Origin: Octopus sinensis
Lineage: Eukaryota
Direction: 5' to 3'
Assembly: GCF_006345805.1 (NCBI RefSeq)
Contig: NW_021833196.1
Span: 1-30,045 of the forward strand
DNA: 30,045 bases
Made by a program: the position numbers and the translations under genes. Of the stretch, positions 1 through 10,482 are shown one piece after another; position 1 is the first letter of the stretch; each line of letters opens with the position of its first letter. The notes beneath the pieces were generated by a model. That model saw only the letters and a list, made by a program, of their open reading frames with translations. It was not told where the DNA came from and made no database searches.

Positions 1-287
1 AAGGTACTCAATAAATAGCAGAGTAAAATTAATTATTATATAGAACAGGACTAGAACTGTTTCATTCAAGAGAAATCTTCAGGAAGCTAGTTAACAAGAA
101 TGTATTGGCATTTATACATTTAGGCAGGTTTAAAGAGGTGGTGGTGGGGGACTTTTTGGGGGTAGGCATAGCGCAAAATATATACTTGGGGGAGTGGTCA
201 ATTAGATAAAAGAATAAATAAAAGAATAAAAAAATATATAAAAAAGAATCCAGTTTTAGGTAAATAAGGAGATTCTCACTTATACCT

Positions 288-341
288 ATACACATACGTA
301 TACATATATACACACACACACATATACATACACACATACAT

Positions 342-372
<31 letters not shown>

Positions 373-1110
373 CACACATACACATACATACATATATCTA
401 CACATATATATACATATATATATATATATCTACATATACACACATATATATATATACATATATATATACACACACACACACATATGCATACACATATACA
501 CACACACATGTATATATACACACACGACCACACATACATATACACACATAAAAATATATACATACACACACATACACATACACGCATACACACACATATC
601 CACATACACACATGCACACACAACACACAAGTCCCTATATACACATATATACACATACACACATATACATATATATACATATATATATATATGTGTGTGT
701 GTGTACCTATACATACCTACACATACACACATTTACATACAAATACAGACCCATTCCCTAATTTTAATTTTATTATCTTCATTTATTACTTTTGTTATCT
801 TTGACCGCTGGTCACAAGCATCTTGGCTATGACAGCAAGTCCATTTATCTTTCTACTTGAAAACAAGCACTCATTCACGCACGCACACTCATTAGCACGC
901 ACACTCATACGCATACACGCACGCACGCGTTATATTCATACATACATACATCTACATACATTCACGTATATACACATACGTACGCGTACCTACAGATTCA
1001 TGTCTACACTCTTAGAAGGCTAGTCTATACATATACACCAATAATATATATACACACATACATATACACGTACATACAAAATACATACATATATATATAT
1101 ATATATATAT

Positions 1111-1181
<71 letters not shown>

Positions 1182-1200
1182 ATATATATACATATATATA
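288..1200. repeat. Compound (CA)n/(TA)n/(CATA)n microsatellite field
   Basis: Visible directly. Similar fields occur at 1750-1890, 4890-5060, 22490-22585, 26590-26828, 28337-28490, 28680-28890 and 29990-30045. Confidence 0.95.
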
Positions 1201-1296
1201 TGTACAAAAAAGGGTGAAATATAATTAATTTAATAAAATTGATGAATTTCACCTAGTAGATTTTTCGGTATGGAAAAGACCATATTTGGTGAGAAT

Positions 1297-1750
1297 TATA
1301 TTAATTATAATAAAGGGTTAATTGCAAACAATTGCTCAAAACCACATACAAAAATATTAGGAATAGCAGCCAAATAGATCACTATTTCTCCTACTAAAAA
1401 ATAGTTTCCACAAACAACAGAATTTGTAACCCGTATATGGTAAAGAGAAAGAAAACAACGAAATCCCAGCCTATGGATTAATTATAGACGAATCGTTTCT
1501 GATTTAAAACCGAAAGTTCATTTCCTTGAACTTTCGATTCTAATCCAAAACGATTCGTCTATAATTAATCCATAGGCTGGGATTTCGTTGTTTTCTTTCT
1601 CTTTACCATATACGGGTTACAAATTCTGTTTGTTTGTGCAGACTTTTTTTTTTAGGAGAAATAGTGATCTATTTGGCTGCTATTCCTAATATTTTCGGTA
1701 TGTGGTTTTGAGCAATTTGTTGCAATTAACCCTTTATTATAATTAATATA
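1297..1750. repeat. ~450-bp near-perfect foldback palindrome
   Basis: 1420-1498 is the exact reverse complement of 1548-1626 (79 nt). Arms extend to ~1297 and ~1750. Central stem cgaaagttca/tgaactttcg around a 6-nt loop (1521-1526). Confidence 0.95.
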
Positions 1751-1756
1751 TATATA

Positions 1757-1809
<53 letters not shown>

Positions 1810-1829
1810 GAGTATATATATACATATAC

Positions 1830-1839
1830 ACACACACAT

Positions 1840-1873
<34 letters not shown>

Positions 1874-2093
1874 GTTTATATATATATATATACTTCCTGA
1901 GCCCCCTTATTTTTCCCCCATAACTTTCTGGTGCTACCGATTATGTTGAGAAAATAAAAGCATTTGATGAGTTTCAAACCAATCCCAACTCCAGACATAA
2001 TTGTTGATTAAGACATGGATAGGGATGGATTTTCAGAAAATTTCATTAAGAAATATTTATTTTAAAAAGCTTCTTGAGGAACAAACAACCACA

Positions 2094-2167
<74 letters not shown>

Positions 2168-2886
2168 TCATATATATATATACATATATATGTATATATA
2201 TATAGGCACAGGAGTGGTTGTGTGGCCAGTAGCTTGCTTACAAACCACATGGTACCATAAGAAATAGGTTTCCCAATTTTTTACACTCATCGATTGTTTT
2301 TTTCTTTTTTTTTCATGTAACCCCACTTTGTCCATGGGTTGAGAACCCTTCCAGCAAGGAAAATAGAACGTCCAAAAGCGCTCCTGATCCTCTGTGTGAG
2401 AAGCGGTTATGTTCAGATCACAACTACATTTATATATATGGGCAAAACACACACACACAAACATATACGTACATACACCTATTGTATACATGTTTTTACA
2501 CGCCTTTGCCCCTGCCACTGTCCCGCCACCACCTCCTACCTGAGTATTACCATCAATTGAAGCAAATTTGGCACCCGGAATTAAGTTTTGTAACAGGAAT
2601 AGAGAAGCCTACCTTCTCCCGCAGAGATGTGAAAGTCATACCTCTCCTGGTCAAACTAAAGCATTTGACCCGGTCATAAAACAAACAAAAAATAGTGTAA
2701 TAGACATAAAACAAATTCCTCTAAACGAATATGACCCAAAAAATGTGCGCTCGCGAAAAGGGGTGGGGGAGAGGCCTCGGAAAATTTACATTGTGAATGT
2801 TACGTGTCTGACCCGGGCACAAAAACAAACAAATAGTGTAATAGGTGTAAAACAACTTGTTCTAAACGATTATCAAGAACATACAG

Positions 2887-2950
<64 letters not shown>

Positions 2951-3177
2951 GTTTATATATATATATATATATATACTTCCTGAGCCCCCTTATTTTCCGC
3001 CTTAACTTTCTGGTGTTTCCGATTATGTTGAGAAAATGGAAGCATTTGATGAGTTTCAAACCAATCCCAACTCCAGACATAATTGTTGATTAAGACATGG
3101 ATAGGGATGGATTTTCAGAAAATTTCACTAAGAAATATCTATTTTAAAAAGCTTCATGAGGAACAAACAACCACATC

Positions 3178-3257
<80 letters not shown>

Positions 3258-3979
3258 CTAGATATCATATATATATATACATATATATATATAATATAGG
3301 CACAGGAGTGGTTGTGTGGCCAGTAGCTTGCTTACAAATCACATGGTACCATAAGAAATCGGTTTCCAATTTTTTACACTCATCGATTGTTTTTTTCTTT
3401 TTTTTTCATGTAACCCCACTTTGTCCATGGGTTGAGAACCCTTCCAGCAAGAAAAATAGAACGTCCAAAAGCGCTCCTGATCCTCTGTGTGAGAAGCGTT
3501 TGTGTTCAGATCACAACTACGTTTATATATATGGGCAAAACACACACACACAAACATATACGTACATACATCTATTGTATACATGTTTTTACACGCCTTT
3601 GCCCCTGCCACTGTCCCGCCACCACCTCCTACCTGAGTATTACCATCAATTGAAGCAAATTTGGCACCCGGAATTAAGTTTTGTAACAGGAATAGAGAAG
3701 CCTACCTTCTCCCGCAGAGATGTGAAAGTCATACCACTCCTGGTCAAACTAAAGCATTTGACCCGGTCATAAAACAAACAAAAAATAGTGTAATAGGCAT
3801 AAAACAAATTCCTCTAAACGAATATGACCCAAAAAATGTGCGCTCGTGAAAAGGGGTGGGGGAGAGGCCTCGGAAAATTCACATTGTGAATGTTACGTGT
3901 CTGACCCGGGCACAAAAACAAACAAATAGTGTAATAGGTGTAAAACAACTTGTTCTAAACGATTATCAAGAACATACAG

Positions 3980-4030
<51 letters not shown>
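1830..4030 (+). repeat. ~1.09-kb direct tandem duplication (two units)
   Basis: Unique sequence starting ttcctgagccccc at ~1894 and ~2978. ORF-track pairs 2001/3083, 2339/3432 and 2568/3661 are near-identical. Edges lie in CA/TA microsatellites. Confidence 0.9.
2205..2253 (+). mobile_element. Truncated SINE head (duplicated at 3299-3347)
   Basis: ggcacaggagtggttgtgtggccagtagcttgcttacaaaccacatggt resembles the tRNA-like head seen on the minus strand at 7380-7427. Confidence 0.6.
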
Positions 4031-4051
<21 letters not shown>

Positions 4052-4262
4052 GAGAAATGGTTGGTTCAAGGCAAGAGTGCATTGTACTGAATTTAAATAA
4101 GCAAGAAAGATATTATCAAAGAAAAGGCCATAGGCCTCTCCCCCCACCCTCCTTTCGCGAGCGCACATTTTTTGGGTCATATTCGTTTACAGGAAGTTGT
4201 TTTACACATATTACTATTTTTTTGTTTGTTTTTATGACCGGGTCAAACGCTTTAGATTGACC
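3742..4262. mobile_element. MITE with ~130-bp TIRs, GG termini and 8-bp TSD
   Basis: 3742-3870 is the reverse complement of 4132-4262. Flanks are CCACTCCT (3734-3741) and CCTCTCCT (4263-4270); the duplicated left flank at 2641-2648 reads CCTCTCCT exactly. Confidence 0.75.
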
Positions 4263-4970
4263 CCTCTCCTTTCGAAAACATGAACAGTTTCGGAACATTG
4301 TTTACAAAATAATAGCTGATCGTTTGCGAAGGAGCGTGTCTACAGTCAACACGTAGGTCTATTGCTCTGGTAACCTCTGCTCTCTCCCATGTTCACGCAC
4401 GACCAGCTATATATCGCTATGATTAGGGACAACGGATTCAGCTAATTTGGAAATTAGTTGTGGAGAAACAGAATATCGTTTATGTTGCCCGTATATATAT
4501 ACGCAACACACACACAAACATTGCATTTATGTGTCTTTTACGCATACATGCTCGCGTGTGTGTATGTGTGACTGAAGCCATTCACACATACAAACATACA
4601 TAACAACACCTGTCTGTCTGTTATTACCAGTAAAAAGACGAAATTATAAAAATCTCTCTCCCTCTCCTTCTCCCTCCCTCTATTTACACCGTCGCTAGGA
4701 GGGGACTTGATTAATGTTTGCCTTGTAAACAATGGTAGCTTTCGCCATCTTAAAAATTTAGAAGTTATGACTCAAAATGATTTACCGCTATTCGCGGGTG
4801 TCTCGGAGGAAATTTGACGAAAATACTGCTGGGGTCGTGACGAATGACCCCCTAAAATTTGAGCGGCATGCGTGTTAATTTGTAGATGTGCATAAATTAC
4901 AAACACGTACACACACACACATCTTGCCTTATATATATACAGATATATATATATGTATATATGTATGTCC

Positions 4971-5003
<33 letters not shown>

Positions 5004-5060
5004 TATATGTGCGTGTCTGTGTGTGTGTTATGAGTGTATGTGTGTACGTGCGTGTGTTTG

Positions 5061-5253
5061 TGTGTCTGTATTTGTCCCCCACATCGCTTGACAACCGCTG
5101 CTGGTGTGTTTACGTCCCCGTAAACTGGCGTTTCAGCAAAAGAAACTCATAAAATAAGTACAAGGCTTACTGGGGTCGATTTGCTCGACTAACGACAGTG
5201 CTCCAGCATGGCCACAGTCACATGACTGAAACAAATGAAAGAATAAAAGAATA
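5061..5253 (+). mobile_element. SINE 3' half (same family), with AAAGAAT-type tail
   Basis: tttgtccccc..cgcttgacaacc..gtttacgtccccgta..ggggtcgatt..ccagcatggccacagtc..gactgaaaca + aaagaataaaagaata. Confidence 0.8.
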
Positions 5254-5596
5254 AATGTAACTATGAACACACACACACAGACACGCGAACACACACATAT
5301 ACACACACACACATTTTGCTGCTCTATGTGTTTATTTATTGAGTTATTCATCCTATATGCATGTGTTTGTGTGTGTGTGTATAAATATATTTATATGTAC
5401 ACATGTATGTGTGTATACGCGTGTGTGTATATACAATAGAAATCTCTATTACCTACTCCCCACTCCAATCATTCCACCTGTTTAATTAATTTCATTCCTT
5501 CTCTTCTCTTTTTCTCTGAGTTTTTCTTTTAATTCTTCACCACCCGACTCCCCTTTCAGACACCATTTTTAATGTTTTTATTCTTTTCTTTATCAG

Positions 5597-5750
5597 GTGA
5601 ATCCTCGAGATATATATGGTCGTACACCGCTGCACTGGGCCTGTGATCAGGGAAACTTCCACACTGTCGCCTATTGTTGGGTCACAATGGCATCGATGCC
5701 AATGTTGTAAACAACAAAGGTGACACACCACTGCATGAGGCAGTTCGGGG
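5597..5750 (+). CDS. Exon A of ankyrin-repeat/RING (Mind bomb-like) E3 ligase gene; 1-nt frameshift at ~5670-5673 as assembled
   Basis: Polypyrimidine tract + tatcag acceptor (AG 5595-5596) and gtaagt donor (5751). Reads VNPRDIYGRTPLHWACDQGNFHTVA, then after a frame change LLGHNGIDANVVNNKGDTPLHEAVR(G): two ankyrin TPLH motifs. Length 154 nt where phase 0 to phase 2 needs 3n+2. Confidence 0.85.
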
Positions 5751-6299
5751 GTAAGTCCCCATTGGATCTGGAATATCCAAATCTGTTTCTTTTATGTTTT
5801 CAATAATGTTTGTTTCTTTTTCATTCAGTCACTCATGTCATAATCCCACCATGGGGTCATTGTCTTTCTTTTCTCTTTCGCACTGAAATAACACTGTAAT
5901 CTGCTTCATTAATTAATCATCAACATAATTGTTATTGTTGTTGCCTGACTGGACACTTTAATTCATCTCGTTCTCCATTTCCTCAAAGTCACAGGTTCAA
6001 ATCCTCTCTCTTCTCCCTTTCATCCCGTCTAGAACTACTTTCTCTCTCTCTCTTTCTTCCTCACTCTCTCTCCTTTGTAGTTTCCCTATTTACTCCGACC
6101 CTGAGCTAAATACAGAATCATCCCCTTACAGTATTTACATTTGTCTCTTTATGTTCCATGTTCAAATCCTACCAGAATATTTACTATCACTTTGGGGTCA
6201 ATATAATCTGTACCAGTAATACCCAGGGGTTCCTTTAATAAACTGTCTTCCTTCTTTTCTCCTGTTCTTGTTTCTAATTACTTTCAGAGGAAATAAATT

Positions 6300-6415
6300 G
6301 TGTTATTTTATTTACGACTCTTTACGTTCAGAGTTCAAATCCTGCCAAGGTCAACTTCTTCCATCTTTGCAAGATTGATAAAATACAATACCAGTCATGT
6401 ACTGGTGTTCATATG
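6300..6415 (+). mobile_element. Degenerate SINE-like fragment (a weaker one at ~6150-6230)
   Basis: ttacgttcagagttcaaatcc..ggtcaact..gataaaata..accag..tactgg: B-box-like gttcaaatcc plus a recurring downstream motif. Old and diverged. Confidence 0.45.
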
Positions 6416-6722
6416 ATTACCTGTAGCCCTTCTTTCCTTCCTAAATTTCATGTTTATATGAGCTGTGAGAATTCTTAGCAGTATTTTTCCTGTCTTTACA
6501 TTTCTGGGTTTACTCAGGTGTGTATATATCATAGTTCTATTGTGTAGAGTGTGTATTGAATAAATATATATGTGTGTGTGAGTATGTGTGTAATAATTGC
6601 TGTAATTAAGTTATTGTGACCTAATTGCATTTGTTTTCTTTAATGACCTAATAACTATTATCTCAAGCTGTGTGATGTTTTGCTTTTTTTCATGTTTTTC
6701 TTTCCTTATCCTTTACTTTCAG

Positions 6723-6759
6723 CCAACACTATAAAGTGGTGTGTGCGATGCTGTTCAAG
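6723..6759 (+). CDS. Exon B (37-nt micro-exon) of the ankyrin/RING gene
   Basis: ctttactttcag acceptor, gttagt donor. The first base completes the GG|C codon from exon A, giving GQHYKVVCAMLFK, which finishes the ankyrin repeat GDTPLHEAVRGQHYKVVCAML. Ends in phase 0. Confidence 0.75.
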
Positions 6760-7027
6760 GTTAGTTAATAAATATATATTATATACACTCTCCAGTATTA
6801 TATTGATCTGTATAATATAAATATTACCAATGTACCAGTGAAATAATGGGGATGGATTTAATCACATGTACTACAAAGGCCTTTTGTTTGTGGAGGAATT
6901 GTATATTGATCATGTTGATATTAGCGGTGTTGACAGTCCAACTGACCACCACCACTGATAATGATATCTTTAATGGTCAAAGGAAACAAGGTCATTATGA
7001 GATGAACCAAAATATACAGATATCATG

Positions 7028-7073
<46 letters not shown>

Positions 7074-7079
7074 TAATTG

Positions 7080-7427
7080 TTTTAGACATTTGCCTGCGGC
7101 CATGCTGGGGCATCATCGAATTTTTAGCCAAATACATCGATCCCAGTACTTTTTTTTTATTTTAAGCATATCACTTATCCTCTCAGCCTCTTTGCTGAAC
7201 CACCACACACACACACACACACATACACTCACTCACACACACATACATAGGCACACACATAGACACCTATTATGAAGCTTCTTTCAGTTTTCATTTCCCA
7301 AATCCGCCTATAAGATTTTGTTCAGCCCTAGGTAAGGGTAGAATATACTTGCCTGAGTTTCCCTGCAGAGGGATTCAACGTGGAACCGTGTATGGCTGGG
7401 AAAAAAGCTCCTTACACTACAACCATG
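7080..7427 (-). mobile_element. tRNA-derived SINE, near full length and decayed, with an internal (TG)n
   Basis: Minus strand: head-like region (7270-7427), internal microsatellite, and a 3' part (ccccagcatggccgcag) homologous to 5061-5253. Recognised from recalled octopus SINE consensus; family name not assigned. Confidence 0.7.
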
Positions 7428-7454
7428 TATATATGGATGTGTGTGTCTATATAT

Positions 7455-7477
7455 TTCTTTCTTTCTATCTATCTCTC

Positions 7478-7556
<79 letters not shown>

Positions 7557-7584
7557 ATCTATCTATCTATCTATCTATCTATCC

Positions 7585-7631
<47 letters not shown>

Positions 7632-7705
7632 CATCTATCTATCTATCTATATATCTATCCATCTATCTATCTATCTATCTATCCATCTATCATCTATCTA
7701 TCTAC

Positions 7706-7775
<70 letters not shown>

Positions 7776-7805
7776 ATCTATCTATCTATCTATCCATCTA
7801 TCTAT

Positions 7806-7841
<36 letters not shown>

Positions 7842-7944
7842 ATATCTATCTATCTATCTATGTATCTATCTATCTATCTTTCTATCTATCTGTCTATCTA
7901 TCTATCTATCTACCTATCTATCTATCTATCTATCTATCTATCTC

Positions 7945-7975
<31 letters not shown>

Positions 7976-8057
7976 CTACCTATCTATCTATCTTTCTATC
8001 TATCTGTCTATCTATCTATCTCTATCTATCTATCTATCTCTATCTATCTATCTCTAT
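7455..8057 (+). repeat. (TATC)n microsatellite array upstream of Tx1 copy 1
   Basis: ~600 bp of imperfect TATC tetramers. Confidence 0.97.
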
Positions 8058-8274
8058 TGACGGATGTGATGTCGTTTCAGCTCCGAAGGTAATCATTTAT
8101 TTTGACTATTTAAAAGTGTATATTGACAAACATTTTGTGCTTAAAAGTTGTGCAACAACATCCACTGTAAACCTTTGATAAATATCGACACAAAATTTTG
8201 CCTCTTGTGGGCAAAATTTAAAAGAAAAAATTCTCATAGCCTTCGTGGTTTCATTTAGCCATTTTATTTCCAAA

Positions 8275-8609
8275 ATGGCCACTGGCCACCACGAGGCTGA
8301 GGTGCAAGTCAAGCGTGACGCACAAACAGAAAAACAGGATGCTCTGTTAGCATACGCCGAACCTGACAACTCCACCACCATCAACAGCAACAAATACAAA
8401 ACAAGGTCGCAAGGCCAAGAACCGTCAACACCATCAGTGAGTCCACCACCACCACCAACACCATGGCAGATCTGCTACTAAAACTGCTATCCCTACTAAA
8501 GATATCGCCACCAATAACAACACCAACATCACCCATCACCGCCACCAAAGACCGCCGTGCAATGCTACTAATACTACCAACCCACCGCCGCCGTCACCAA
8601 GAACGACAT

Positions 8610-8641
<32 letters not shown>

Positions 8642-10439
8642 CGACGACAACAACAATTCCCTTCAACCACTGCTCACTCCTCACCAACAAGTGAAAAAAT
8701 AACGACGACAAGCAAACGAAATGTCGAAATTTGCCCTAGTGCAGGACTAAAGTACGCAGGCAATTTTCCACCCCTTCCTACTTGCACGATCGAACCAAAC
8801 ACACACACCAATTTTACAAACTGCAGCCAACAACAACATCACCACAAGCAAACAACAATAACAAAACAACAACAAATTTCGCTGAGGCGATTAAAGAAAA
8901 AAACACAACAATATACTTTACGGCTCAACAAATACAGGACACGAACATCAAAATAACAGAATCAGAAGGTATAGTAAAAATAAACATACCAGAATACATT
9001 TTGGAAAATGAAAAAAGACGAACAATCATTTATAAAATAGTTAACAAAAAAACAAAAATCCCAGAGAACGCCAACACAAGCAAAATAGAGAAGTGCTTGA
9101 AACCCATCTGGGATCACAAAGAATATGTAACCTGGTGGAACAAATTTGCCCACATACAAGTTGTTTTCTACACCGAAGAGTTAGCTAGACATTTCTCAAC
9201 GCTAACTCTTCACTCAGATGAACTCCAACTTACACCAAGCTATCGGGAACAGAAAGTGACTAAGATCACTCTAAACAATGACCCCAAAATAGCCAATAGT
9301 CTATGGCTTGTAAAGGCCTTATGCGTAAAAATGGCGAATTATACTATTTTGGAAACCACAGTCACAGAGCATAAAAACTGGGTGGGAAAAAAGTAGAATT
9401 TCTTCTACCCATACATCATGAAGATATAAAAAAAATACCACCCAGATATGTGTATCAGACGACCACAAGTTATATGTGGTCGTCGATGGCAGAAGACCAC
9501 GTTGCTACATATGCGGCAGTGAGCAACACCTAAAAAAAGACTGCAAATCTGCCGCAAGAAACAACAGCAACAACAACAGCAGCCGGAAACAAAAACAATA
9601 AACAAGGTTTACTACCCACACCACTTTTTGCAGGAACAAACCTCACCAAACAAACAACCACACCAACTGCAGCAGCACCAAGAACAGAAGCAGCATCACC
9701 AACAACAACAACCAAGAATATACCAACTCCCAACCAAGGACATCTGCCAAAAAGACACCCAGCAAAAATGAAGAAACAATTACAACTCCCAATCCCCACA
9801 AATTGAGACCCTAAACAACACAATACCCACAATCACTCAAACACAAAATACCCAAACCCCACATCCAAAACCGCATACACCACACCAAACGCTCACCAAC
9901 CAACACCAACAACAAAACCAACACAGTCGACAATAGACCCCAATACTTTCCCTCTTCCAGACTCCGATTCGTCTGATCTGTCATTAGACGAAGAAGACAC
10001 GGAAGATTGGCAAATAGCCACAGGGGGAGAAGAAAAGGGGAAAAAAAAGAAAAGAAAAAATAACAAACAAAGCGGGAAGATACACCACTCCCGAAACAAA
10101 AACATCCACAGAAACACACACATCAACACAAACACACCATCATCAAACCCCCCAAAAATGTTGACAGCCATTAACACAAACAACCACGACCTAATGGAAC
10201 ACATTAGGTCAAACACTAACATTACTGAAAACGACATAAAAACAAGTAACCACCCACACACAACACCACCACAACACATTAAAATAATACACGTGACACA
10301 GAACACATACAGCACCCTGAAATCTCTTTACCCCTGATGCAGTAGGGAGATTTCAAAAGTACTCATCGAAAAAACTGTATAAAGCCTCATAGAAGAAGAC
10401 CGTGAGGTGAAAGACAAGAACTTTCGAAAAAACAAGTAA
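8275..10439 (+). pseudogene. ORF1 of Tx1 copy 1 (gag-like, CCHC zinc knuckle, frameshifted)
   Basis: ATG at 8275 (MATGHHEAEV...). Fragments in shifting frames, including the 8782-9396 ORF. CYICGSEQHLKKDC (C-x2-C-x4-H-x4-C) at 9503-9544. Long T/N/P/Q-rich low-complexity stretches. Confidence 0.75.
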
Positions 10440-10482
10440 CCTTTTCTCTCTCCTTTCTTTTTTGTTGCACTTTTATCGGAAC

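Noticed and set aside
49-82. Minus-strand CUGAAGA...GAAAC...GUC resembling a hammerhead core
   Set aside because: Stem I cannot form (GCUUC before the core vs CUGUU after the triplet) and stem II is weak. At best a decayed relic.
62-1252. Long ORFs of YI/CV/HT dipeptides (also 7349-8178, 18470-19130, 28205-28931)
   Set aside because: Translations of (TA)n, (CA)n and (TATC)n microsatellites, which lack stops in some frames; no coding signal.
2001-3772. Duplicated ORFs (e.g. 2568-3005, 3083-3772) as a tandem gene pair
   Set aside because: They run through microsatellites, a SINE head and a MITE TIR, have no domain or splice support, and repeat only because of the DNA duplication.
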